27,599 bases of DNA from Vitrella brassicaformis CCMP3155 (lineage: Eukaryota > Protista > Chromerida): assembly GCA_001179505.1 (NCBI GenBank), contig CDMY01000721.1, positions 1-27,599 on the forward strand, in the 5' to 3' direction. The notes beneath the pieces are model-generated. The model saw nothing but the letters and a program-made list of their open reading frames with translations, ran no database searches and was not told where the DNA came from. Below are positions 1-10,894 of the stretch, one piece after another. The position numbers and the translations under genes are program-made. Numbering within the stretch: position 1 is the first letter of the stretch; the number at the start of each line of letters is the position of its first letter.

Positions 1-3000
1 CCTGTGGCGGACAACGTTGACGGTATGTGTGTGAGAGCACTCCCTCCCTCCCCCACAGAGAGAGAGATAGAGACATGCACAGAGCCGGACACAGACACAT
101 TCACTCTCTCTGTGTGGATCAATGGATGGATGGATGGATGGATGGATGGCTTGGTGTGTGCAGTGAGTACGATTCGTTGGGCGTTTCCATGGCTGGATGG
201 GGCCATGGATTTCACGCAGCTGATGGAGCAGTACGACCGCTACCTCGAGCTAGACCCCATCGACCAACTGCGCCGGGCCAGCCGACTGCGGCTCACCGGG
301 GGCGGCGGCAAGGCCGGCAAGCAAGCCGCACCCGATGCCAAGTGAGCCACATTGGGGCGAGCGTGAGGGAGGGAGGGAGGGAGGCAGGACCTCAAGTTGT
401 ACCACCTATCGTGTCTCTCTCTGTTTGTGCTGTTTGGTGTGTCAGGGAGCCCGCCCTGATGCAGCAGCTGCGCAGCGGGGCCGGTCAAGACAAGGACGTC
501 TCCAATACTTTCGCCGAGGTACGCCACGCCCACTCCCCAGCCACATGGCATGGACGTCTGCCATCTTGTGTGTTGTGTTTGTGTGTTGGTGTGTGTCAGC
601 AGCAGCCCAGGGCCGCCCCCCGTGGCGAGACCGTGGCCCGTCTTCAGCGAATATACGAGCAGCGCGAGAAGCAGAAGCGCCAGGTCGGACCAGAGAAGGA
701 CAAGCCGAAGTCGCCCCAGGAGGTCGCCAAGGAGTTGGAGGACCGCAAGCGGGAGGAAGCCGAGGCCAAGCGCAACGAAGACGAGCTCCTCGCTCAAAAG
801 AGGGCTGCTGCTGCAGCAGCTGCTGCGGGCGAGAAGAAGCGGAAAGGCAGAAGAAGCCCGGCAAGCGGGGCAAGGCCAAGAACAAGGGGCTCAAGCGGCC
901 AAACGCAGCCAACATTCCCGACGCCGACCACCAAGACCAAGACCACGAGCAGGACGGGCCCCCCCGGCCCTCCACCAGCAGCAACCTCGACGACACCGAG
1001 GAGGTCCAGCAGGGCGACACCGTGCGAGAGGAGCAGCAGCAGCAGCAGCAAGGTGTGGGCGAGGGCGTCGCGGTGGATGAGGGTGAAGATCTGATGCACG
1101 GCCCCTTGCGGGGGAACTTTGGTGACGACAACAACGGCGAAGAGAACGCCCACCCATCCCTCGCACCCACACCCCCACCCGCTGCTGCGGCCGCGGCTGC
1201 GGTGCCTGAGATGGCCCATCCTGGGTGGCAACACATCGATGGCGAGCAGCCTCAGGGGGGTTGTGGCGGACATGGCGAGGGCGTCGGTGGTGATGATGGA
1301 GAAGGTGAGGCTGGTGAGGGTGGGGAGGGTGGAGAGGGTGAGGGAGAGCCTGAGTGTCCGGAGCCCCCTGACTTTGAGGGCCTCATGTTCGACGTGGGAC
1401 AGGGAGAGGCTCAGGAACAGATACAGCAGGAGGAAATGTAAGCCATGCACCTGACTCAAAAGGAAGGAGAGACACACCAGACCCACACACACATGGGAGT
1501 TCCTCTCTATGTGTCTGTCTGTCGTGCAGAGGTAGCAATTCGTCTTCTAGTGACCAGCCGTCGGCCTCTTCCGTGATGGACATGGGTATTGGGCGTGCAG
1601 CTGAGCTCCACGGGCAGCTGGATGGCCAGCGGTATGATGGAGACGGACACAAAATGCGAGCAAGAAAATGAATCAGTGTCTTTTTGTCTGGTGTCTCCTG
1701 TAATGTCCTCGCAGTTCTGTCGGGCACACGAACCCCTCCGCCCAGCAGCCTGGTGAGGGTGCATCCAGCAACGCCGCCGCCCACGAAGTCCACGAGAACC
1801 TCCAGAGCCGCCACCAGCAAGAGGCATCGTCTTCTGCTAGAGGTGCACTGGCAGCAGCGGCAGCCGAGGTGACCCCCTCAGCCGTCCAGCCTGCCGAGAA
1901 GCGTTCCCGCGCCCCGTCGCCCGACGAGAACTCGCCCGACGACNNNNNNNNNNNNNNNNNNNNNNNNNNNNNNNNNNNNNNNNNNNNNNNNNNNNNNNNN
2001 NNNNNNNNNNNNNNNNNNNNNNNNNNNNNNNNNNNNNNNNNNNNNNNNNNNNNNNNNNNNNNNNNNNNNNNNNNNNNNNNNNNNNNNNNNNNNNNNNNNN
2101 NNNNNNNNNNNNNNNNNNNNNNNNNNNNNNNNNNNNNNNNNNNNNNNNNNNNNNNNNNNNNNNNNNNNNNNNNNNNNNNNNNNNNNNNNNNNNNNNNNNN
2201 NNNNNNNNNNNNNNNNNNNNNNNNNNNNNNNNNNNNNNNNNNNATAATGCAGCAGCCGATGCAGCAGCAGGTGCAGATGGGGCAGGGAGTGGCTGGGGGC
2301 GGCGGTGTGGGTGTGGGCGTCGGTGGAGGGGACATGTTGGCGCAGCAGGAGCCAGAGTACCTTGCCGCAATGAGTTTGCAGTTCGGGTGAGTCGAGCGAG
2401 AGAAGAGGCACACGTGGACGGGGGGATGGAAGGTCACCGGTGGGGCATGGGAGTCACGTCTCTCTCTGTTTCCCTGTCTGCGTGCGTCTGCGTGTTTGCG
2501 TGCAGCCATAGTTCGTGCTTCGGCGACCAGCCGTCGGCCTCTTCCGTGATGGACATGGGTATTGGGCGTGCAGCTGAGCTCCACGGGCAGCTGGATGGCC
2601 AGCGGTATGATGGAGACGGACACAAAATGCGAGCAAGAAAATGAATCAGTGTCTTTTTGTCTGGTGTCTCCTGTAATGTCCTCGCAGTTCTGTCGGGCAC
2701 ACGAACCCCTCCGCCCAGCAGCCTGGTGAGGGTGCATCCAGCAACGCCGCCGCCCACGAAGTCCACGAGAACCTCCAGAGCCGCCACCAGCAAGAGGCAT
2801 CGTCTTCTGCTAGAGGTGCACTGGCAGCAGCGGCAGCCGAGGTGACCCCCTCAGCCGTCCAGCCTGCCGAGAAGCGTTCCCGCGCCCCCTCGCCCGACGA
2901 GAACTCGCCCGACGACAGCTCCCGGAGCCAGATTGTTTTCCCCATGCACCATCAGCAGGCCCCACGCCAGCAACAGCAGCAGCAGCAGCCGTACGGCCAT

Positions 3001-3809
3001 CCCCAGCCCTCAACAGAGATGCAGCCGCTATACTCGGACCAGCAGTAAGGCACCAACGACACACACTCACACACGGGGATGGAAAGATGGCCACCCATGC
3101 CACGCCACGCCACGCCACGCTGCATCTCTGGTCTCTCTCTCTGTGTGTGCAGGTACTCTCAGAACGTGCCAGCTCAGTACCAGCAGCCCGGCCCCTCTCC
3201 CCCATTCATGCCCACCGCGCCCCCTCTCTGGATGGGTCAGTCTGCTGTTGGTCTCCAAGGCATGATCCCATCCGGCCCCCTACCGCTCGGCCCGTTTCCA
3301 TTCGCATCCCCGGGCACGCCCTTCCAGAGTGGACAGTTCCGGCACAGTGGGTCGTCCTTGGACATAATGCAGCAGCCGATGCAGCAGCAGGTGCAGATGG
3401 GGCAGGGAGTGGCTGGGGGCGGCGGTGTGGGTGTGGGCGTCGGTGGAGGGGACATGTTGGCGCAGCAGGAGCCAGAGTACCTTGCCGCAATGAGTTTGCA
3501 GTTCGGGTGAGTCGAGCGAGAGAAGAGGCACACGTGGACGGGGGGATGGAAGGTTACCGGTGAGGCATGGGCGTCACGTCTCTCTCTGTTTCCCTGTCTG
3601 CGTGCGTCTGCGTGTTTGCGTGCAGCAATAGCCATGGTCATCATGTGTTGCCGCATATCATCCCCCCGCCTCCCGCCATCATCCGTCCCCCCAACAGCCC
3701 CCACCGCCAGCCGCACGGCGGACGGCGCAGACACCACCACCACCACGCGCATTGGCGTGACGACGACTACGGCCGCCAGGGGGGTAACGAGCGTGGCTAT
3801 GGGTGGTAA
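1..3809 (+). CDS. 5'-partial multi-exon gene 'X', low-complexity coiled-coil/acidic/Gln-Pro-His-rich protein of unknown function, with one apparent frameshift
   Basis: Phase-consistent GT-AG introns at 23-163, 342-445, 519-599, 1438-1529 and 1632-1714, then across the gap and the duplicated block to a final exon ending ...NERGYGW* (TAA 3807-3809). Peptides include STIRWAFPWLDGAMDFTQLMEQYDRYLELDP, ARLQRIYEQREKQK and DFEGLMFDVGQGEAQE. The frame switches at about 828-850. No homolog recognised. Confidence 0.55.
1539..3631 (+). repeat. Tandem duplication, unit ~1120 bp (copy 1 ~1539-2511 including the gap; copy 2 2512-3631)
   Basis: 1552-1943 matches 2525-2916 (offset 973, one substitution seen). 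2244-2511 matches 3364-3631 (offset 1120, a few substitutions mostly in the intron). Confidence 0.9.
1944..2243. other. Assembly gap (300 N)
   Basis: Run of N. The equivalent segment in the intact copy (2917-3363) is 447 bp. Confidence 0.99.
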
Positions 3810-4182
3810 AGAAACACCCGAGTGAGTCGATGGGGTGGGCGGGGACAGTGTGAATGCCGCACATTCATGCATCCATATGAATGTGTTTGTGTGTGTGTGT
3901 GCCCGATCAGGGGTCACACGACCATGGCGGCACCCGCCAGGTGTGGCGGCCGAGGCAGTAGTTTGATGCGTGTGTGGTGTGTGTCGGTGCGCGTGACCTC
4001 CATGTGTGTGTGTGTGTGTGTGTGTGCGGGTAGGGGGGCTATGAAGGATGGGACGTATCTAGGCCAGAATCTTACGCTTTGCCGAGCTTAAGTTTCCTTT
4101 TACGGGTCAGTGACCATTACGAGTCAGGGAGGGGAGAGAGGCAGCGAAAGGGCGATTGATGCCGAATAAAACCGCTACACAG

Positions 4183-5493
4183 CAGACACAATTGCCACTA
4201 TTATGAACAGAAAGCTCTCCACACACATATATACGGACCACTCACTGGCCAAGAGGGCAGACAGAGGGAGATACAAGCAGTCACAGACTGTTTGCCTGAC
4301 TGACAAATCGCAATTCAAAAGAGAAGAGAGGCCTCAGCCTCTCTGCCTGCCGCTGGCGAGGTTGGATAACGATGTGAGGCTTGAGATACGTCAGACAGAT
4401 GGCCGCGATTGCTGTGCAGCTGGGGAAAGAGGCGCCTTGATCTTGTCCACGACGACCTTAGAATGGGAGCGCCTCGCACGGATCTGCAGCGCGAGAACAG
4501 AAGAGAGACGAGATCGCCAATGCGTTCTTGCGTGTTGTGTGTGGATGTGCGAACGCACACCTGTCGGCGTCCTTCGATCATACAGCACCGTCATGCATCG
4601 GCCGATCGACACACATCTCGTAGGCAGCAGACACATCCACCAGTTGGGTCGGCAGAAGGTGGCAGAAGGGGCAGCCAGATCCGCCTGGCCGCTGTCTGGA
4701 TGTCCTGGTCCTTATCGATGACATCTGCAAAGAGACAGACCAATCCGCGCACACTCACACGCTCTCTCTGCCTCTGTGTGGGTATGCGCATCTGCCGCAA
4801 GGAGGCGTACCAGGAGCATCTTCAGGCTGCTGCGCGTCGGTCGCATTGTGTTTCTGCTCACGGGCTTGTTCCAACTCAACTGCCTTCTTAGGGATCTGCC
4901 TTCATCGACGCAACAAGGAATGAATGGAATCACAAGCATCTCCTCGGTAGCGTCCATACCAGCCTTGTATTTGCGCCCGAGAGGCTGCCGCTTGCTGCCC
5001 TCTGACACACACAACACGCCACACCCGCGCAGAATGGTCCGCCCTGAGTCATTCGCAGCATGGCATTTCGGGATCTGTCATCGACTCACCTTTGGGCTTC
5101 ATCTTGACGGCTCTCCTTCACTTCTGCCGCCTTCTCTGGTCCTCACCCTCTGGCAGATCTGCACGTGGCTCACAGCTCGCAACAGGGAAGAGGAGAAAAT
5201 GGGAGGAGGTGAGAGTGGCTGCCCGAACCTACCACAAGAGATCGAAGAACGGAGCCTTCAAATAAACTGACCGCGTCACTCTGTCGCGTGTGAGTCTGCT
5301 GGACAGACAAGGCGCCCAAAAGGACGGCTGTTGCATCTTTTCAGCAGGCGCCATCTGCCGCCCAGCAGCCCAGCACAAAGAAAACGGCCTCTCTTGGCTG
5401 ATCCAGCGGCGGCTTGTTGACTTCGAGGCGATGGTGTGGGGCGGCTGGTCTGCGTGGGAGCCGCCGGACGAGAGAGAGACGGTGCCGAGGAGC
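4183..5493. repeat. Segmental duplication copy A (direct repeat of 9635-10894)
   Basis: Collinear similarity from 'cagacacaat..gccactat' to 'gtgccgaggagc'. 5121-5263 is identical to 10519-10661 (143 bp). The left part is patchy with indels. Confidence 0.9.
4300..5354 (-). pseudogene. Degenerate spliced gene 'Y', copy A, unknown product (boundaries approximate)
   Basis: Minus-strand acceptors (gtgtgtgtcag, tctctttgcag, cgcgctgcag) and donors flank peptide-like exons (PKKAVELEQAREQKHNATDAQQPEDAP|DVIDKDQDIQTAARRIW; RCVSIGRCMTVLYDR) that are conserved with copy B but broken by frameshifts and stops. Confidence 0.4.
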
Positions 5494-6594
5494 GACGGCC
5501 CAGTGCAGCTGCCCACACAGCGACTCACACCAGCTGTCGGTACCCAATGCATCCACAGACTCACACACGCCCCGCCCAGTGTGTCATCTTCTGTGTGGTT
5601 GGTGTGTCCAGATGGGCGTCACGTGTCGGTGCTCATGACGGAGAGCGTGGGTGCGGGTGCTCACAACATGACTATCACATGGCTGGTCGGGCCGCAGGCC
5701 CTCAAAACCTCAAGGTCAACAGGCAGTGCCAGACGCACACCGACGAAGACCCATATGTGTGTGTACGTGTGTGGGGGGAACAGTGTTCGACCTTTAGGCG
5801 GCCGCAGAAGACCCATCAATGCCGACAGATTCCTCGAGAGGGTGAGTATGAGCAATCTTGTCACTCATGACTGACCCCTTAAGCATGGCCTCATCATTGT
5901 TGCCTTTGGCCTGTGTGTATCAGTTCATCGATTCGCTGACTGGTGACGTAGTAAAGGAGCCTCGACGGCTGCCGACCGGCGCCATCGTCGACCAGTAAGA
6001 CACACAGACACAGGCACACTCGTGTGCTACAGTCATGCCGGCTGTTTGTATGTGTTTGCATTGTGTCAGCACCACACTGGACAAGCTGACACGGCCTGAC
6101 GGGAAGGCCGACGCTCCCGACGCCGAGAACGACGTGAGGTCAGCACAGCACACACACGTTTGCAACCCTGCAAGTCCAGTCCTCGTGTCCATTTGTGTCC
6201 ATTCCTGTCTGTCTGTCCGTCAGTCTGTCAGTGCCGGGATCTCAAGCAGAAGATCCACGCCTTCCTGGCCGATTTCGAGAGCTACATGGCCGCCCACCCT
6301 ACCACACAAGACGACACCAACCGCTTCCACAAGGACGGCTCCTTCACCGTCAAGGTCCAGCTGATGGTTGGCTCGGGATCCACCATGGAGATGCAGCTGA
6401 CGGCCGACACCTCACTGGGCGACTTCGCAGAGGCTGTGGCCAACAAGTGGGTGAGAGTGACGGCGGCGTGGCGCCCTCGAGGGGAGTGCCGTGAGCTGCC
6501 ACACAAGACACAGCCTGGTGTGGCGGTGGGGGAGAAGGGCGTCAAGGCCGGAATGACGGAGCAGAAGACACGCAGACCAGCGAATGTCGGCTGA
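5431..6594 (+). CDS. 6-exon gene 'Z' (255 aa), unknown function; first 21 aa shared with the ABA4-like gene
   Basis: Exons 5431-5539, 5612-5714, 5784-5841, 5924-5994, 6070-6133 and 6232-6594 total 768 nt. All five GT-AG junction phases join into one open frame (MVWGGWSAWEPPDERETVPRS...RFIDSLTGDVVKEP...DLKQKIHAFLADFESY...). The 3' end is less certain. Confidence 0.6.
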
Positions 6595-6893
6595 GCATGT
6601 TCGTCGATGTCTGGATGGCTGGATGGAGGGAGGGAGGGATGAATGTGCCTTCGTGCATGAACGTGTGTGTGCATTTGTGAGTGATGAGAAGGTCAGCGGA
6701 CTTTTTTAGTGAGATATCGCACTTGATTGTCAATCAGTCAATGAAAGGATTGAACCATGTCCATCGTTCCGGTCCGGCACACGCACATGCACGGCAGACA
6801 TCCGCTCCATCCATTCAGACCACTCACAGCGGATATAAAATGTAGCCAGCGATACAGACTCTCCTGCCTGCTGTCTGTTGTCTCCTGCTATCT

Positions 6894-6933
6894 GTGAGAC
6901 ACAGACAACGGAATATAAAATGCAGACAGCGAT
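6894..6933. repeat. ~40 bp dispersed repeat (second copy 8355-8394, partial copy 6826-6853)
   Basis: gtgagacacagacaacggaatataaaatgcagacagcgat versus gtgaaacacagacaacgggatatacaaagcagacagcgat. Confidence 0.75.
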
Positions 6934-7100
6934 CATCGCCGTGCACGGCAAGGCCCACAGCCACCTGGAAGGTCCCATGTTCACCACCCCTAGCTACCAC
7001 ACACACACACCGACCCCTTGTCCACGCAGACACACAAAACACAAACCAATGCAGACTCATACACTACACACTCCATCCATCCATCCATCCGGTCAGTCAG

Positions 7101-8060
7101 TCAGTATGCACCCTCCCATGCATCACCTTCACCCTCACCATCATACCACCATCCCCCCCCGCCCTCACCCACACCTTGCTGCTGCAGCTCCCCCTCCTCG
7201 CGAACCGTGTCGCCCTGCTGCCCCTCCTCGGTGTCGTCGAGGTTGCTGCTGGTGGAGGGCCGGGAGTGCTTGTCCTGCTCGTGGTGGTCGTCTCCCTGCT
7301 GCTCGTTCTCGCTCATGGTCTTGGTCGTCGGCATCGGCGTCGGGAGTGTCGGGCGTTTGGCCGCTTGGGCCTGTGCTTCTTCCCGCCCCGCTTGCCGGGC
7401 TTCTTCGCAGCTGCAGCTGCTGCAACCGCCGCCTCCTGAGCGAGGAGCTCCTCTTCGTTCCTCTTGGCCTCTTCCTCGTCGCGCTCGCGTTTCTGCTTCT
7501 CCTTCTCGACCTCCTCAGGGGACTTCTGCTTGTCCTTCTGTGGTCCGGCCTCGCGCTTCTGCTTGTTGCGCTGCTCGTATATGCGCTGAAGGCGGGCCAC
7601 GGTCCGGCCACGGGGGATGTCCCTTCCGCTTGCTGCTGTTGAGCGTTGGGCTGGTTCTGCGCCTCGAGGTTGTTGACCCCACCGTTACCAGCGGTCCCGT
7701 CTCCATCATACCGCTGGCCGTCCATTTGCCCGTGCGGGCTGGTCATCGCCGAGGGGAGACTCGACGAGGCGGGCGGCTGGTCGTCGCCGGGACATGCACC
7801 GTCACCTCTGCACGGCACGGCACGACACACAGAGAGAGATGAAGTGTCATGCGCGTGTGTCTGTTGTGTGTGGTGCATTTCGTGTGTCCTTTCTTTTGAG
7901 TCGTGTGCATGGCTTACATGTCCTCCTGAGTCTGGTCCTGAGCCTCGTCAAACATGTCACCTTGAAACTCACGGACCTCCTCATTCTCACCCTCACCACC
8001 CTCACCATCCCCATCCTCTAGAGGAAGACGATGCCTGTTCCTGGTGGCGGTTCTGGTGGC
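7101..8060 (-). pseudogene. Inverted, rearranged, frameshifted paralog of gene X
   Basis: ARLQRIYEQRNKQK...KKPGKRG, RPSTSSNLDDTEE, FQGDMFDEAQDQTQED and HGQMDGQRYDGDG match gene X. The donor context AT|GTAAGCCATGCAC is the same as at 1436-1450. Homologous blocks fall in three different frames. Confidence 0.8.
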
Positions 8061-9634
8061 ACAATGGTGGCACAACAGACAACAGACAACAAGATATACT
8101 TTGCTCAATTGCCTTTGCTGATGAGCGAATGCTCGTCTTTGTCTTGTGGATGTGGTGCTTCTTCTTGGCTCGTTGTCTGTCTGTCTCGCCACACCGATTG
8201 ACGCCGAGTCCGCCTGCAATGCCATGCAGAAACAGACCATTACAGGAGTCGACACACATGAGTGACAAGTGGGTTTACGTTGTGCTACGGTGAGTGAGTA
8301 TGGGTTGGTAGGTGTCTGTCTGCGGGCACTCGCCACGCCGAGCCGTCGTCCTAAGTGAAACACAGACAACGGGATATACAAAGCAGACAGCGATTGGCTG
8401 GAGGGGGCCTCCTCGTATTGTTCGTTCCCTTCTCCGATGCACGGGTGTGCTGGCCGCGCATGGATGATGCAGTCCTGCAGGCAACCCACCGTAACACATT
8501 GGCTGGGCTGGTTCTGTTGGTGCAAGTGAACGCGTGTACGTGGAGATGTGTGTGTGTTTCATTATGTTTCTTCCTTACGGTCGAAATCCATCTCGTAGTC
8601 GTAGAGGCAAGCGTTGATGTGCCGGCAGCGGAGCGCCTTGAGGTCGGTAGGCAGCCGCTTGCACAGCTGAACCTTAGACCTTTTCGGCTCGGGGGCTCAC
8701 TGATCACCAGGGCCTCAGTCATCGACTCGCCTCTGCTGCGACGACCCCAACCTACATTTAACACGTGAGCAGCAAGGTGAACTGCCCTGAGTTCTTCACC
8801 GAAGACCACACTCAAGAAAGGCACATAGTACCTGAAGAGAAGCTGCCGAGAAGGAGACGGCGATTGCTATAGAGGACTTCTTGAGGAGGCGACGACGTGA
8901 CGACCGCGCCCTGAAGGCGGCGGCGTCACGCCTCGCTGTGGTCAGAGGGGCGAAGGAAGGAAGCACCGTGTGACGTCCGCTCGACTTGGGAGGCGTGGAA
9001 GGTGACAGGGCGGGCCAAATGAGCTGAGAGCCAGCCGAACAGACGAAAAAATGGAGAAGATGTGGACAAGAGAAGGCGTGAAAGCCGAAATGCGACCGAA
9101 ATTGAGAAAACGCAGAAGACTCGTAAATCAGTCTTTTTTTGTTTGTCTCCGTCTCACATTTTATTTTTCTCGCCGGTTTTTTCGTTGTGGTAGGACTGTT
9201 GCCACCGTCACCATCGGAAAACGCCGCCGCCAATGCGACCAATACGCCTGAGAGTGCTATTCTATTCTCAAATATTGACACCCAACCGGGCTCAGAGGAT
9301 GATACCTCTCAGCTGGACTCTTGGGTCTACCTGTCAGCTTGTCACTTGGCTGTACGATGTATTTTGAGCCTAACGCAGCGGCATCTCTTGCAAAATTCTT
9401 TCTTTTCTGATTGTCAGATCTGTCCGCCAGACGGGACACATACTTCCTCCCCGTGAGCGCTTGACTCTGCGTGCTCATGGGACTGTATTTGTATGAGTAT
9501 CACGGACACACAGACGAGTGTTACGGTTAGTGCAAGTTTCGTGTACTTCCTAAGAGTACAGATACGAGTCCAAGTCGGAGGAGCAGGGACAAATTAAGCG
9601 ATAGATACAGAACAAAAGCCCTCACACCAGCCCC

Positions 9635-10894
9635 CAGACACAATGGGCCACTATGATTGGACCACCCACTGGCCAAGAGGGCAGACAGAGAGAGGTATAG
9701 CAAGCTAGTCACACTGTCTGCCTGACTGGTTGACAAATCAAGAAGGGAAGAAGAGAGAGCGGCGGCCACTCTGCCCGCCGTGGGGTGCGTCAGAGGGATG
9801 GCCGCCCATCAAAGCAGAGATGGCGTGGTGGGTGAGAGGCGCCTTGGTCTTGTCTTCGAGACCTTAGAATGACAGCGCCTTGCTGACACGGATCTGCAGC
9901 ACGAGAACAGAAGAGAGACGAGGTCGCCCATGCGCTCTTGTGTGTGTGTGTTGTGTGTGGATGTGGGCACACCTGTCGGCGTCATTCGCTCATACAGCAG
10001 CGTCATGCATCGGCCGATCGACACACATCTCGTGTGCAGCAGATACACATTGCAGTCGTGAGGCGCCCTCAATCACTCTTGGTGGCGGCCCCGTAGCAGT
10101 TGGGTCGGCAAAGGGTTGCCAGATGCGCCTGGCTGCTCTCTGGATGGCCTACATTGTCTCCAATTCTCGCTCATCGATGACACCTGCAGGCAGGCAGACA
10201 GACAGACAGACAGACCAATCCACGCACACCCATACGCTCTGTCTGTGTCTGGGTATGTGCCCCTGTTGCAACCAATCAGGCGTACCACGAGCATCTGCAG
10301 GCTGCTGCGTGTCATATCGCGTCATATCGTGATCTGGCTGAAGCAGGAGGAACGAGGGACAAAGGAGGAGAAAACAACGCATCACATCAGATGAATGGAA
10401 TCACAAGCATCTCAGTGCCGTGCCGTCCCATCTTCACCTACCTACTTTGTATTTGCGGCGTGGCATTTCGGGATCTGTCATCGATTCGCCTTTGGGCTTC
10501 ATCTTGACGGCTCTCTTGCTTCTGCCGCCTTCTCTGGTCCTCACCCTCTGGCAGATCTGCACGTGGCTCACAGCTCGCAACAGGGAAGAGGAGAAAATGG
10601 GAGGAGGTGAGAGTGGCTGCCCGAACCTACCACAAGAGATCGAAGAACGGAGCCTTCAAATGGACTGAACTCCTCACTTTGTCGCGTGTGAGTCTGCTGC
10701 ACAGACAAGGCGCCCAAAAGGACGGCTGCTGCATCTTTTCAGCAGGCGCCATCTGTAGCCATCTGCCGCCCAGCACCAACACAAACGGCCTCTCTTGGCT
10801 GATCTAGCGGCGCGTTGTTGACTTCGAGGCGATGGTGTGGGGCGGCTGGTCTGCGTGGGAGCCGCCGGACGAGAGGGAGACGGTGCCGAGGAGC
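9635..10894. repeat. Segmental duplication copy B (direct repeat of 4183-5493)
   Basis: Same alignment as copy A. It ends 63 nt into the ABA4-like CDS. Confidence 0.9.
9750..10752 (-). pseudogene. Degenerate spliced gene 'Y', copy B (boundaries approximate)
   Basis: Same exon and intron pattern as copy A (DTQQPADAR|GVIDERELETM*AIQRAARRIW; RCVSIGRCMTLLYER), with an in-frame TAG. Confidence 0.4.

Noticed and set aside
1656-1714. Possible GC-AG intron in gene X (AT|GCGAGC)
   Set aside because: A canonical GT donor of the same phase exists at 1632 (CG|GTATGA), so no non-canonical site is needed.
5229-5430. RIP-like C-to-T/G-to-A mutation signature between duplicates (TGG/TAA, CAG/TAG)
   Set aside because: Only a handful of sites, mixed with transversions and indels, which is too few to support a directed mutational process.
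6894-8394. Direct repeats read as LTRs or target-site duplications of a mobile element
   Set aside because: They are too short and diverged, there are no TG..CA ends, and no transposase, RT or integrase coding lies between them.
8351-9281. Peptide-like fragments (PKRSKVQLCKRLPTDLKALRCRHINACLYDYEMDFD on -, EAAEKETAIAIEDFLRRRR on +; ORF 8796-9281)
   Set aside because: They are flanked by in-frame stops, could not be joined into a consistent gene model and have no recognisable family. Probably decayed exons.
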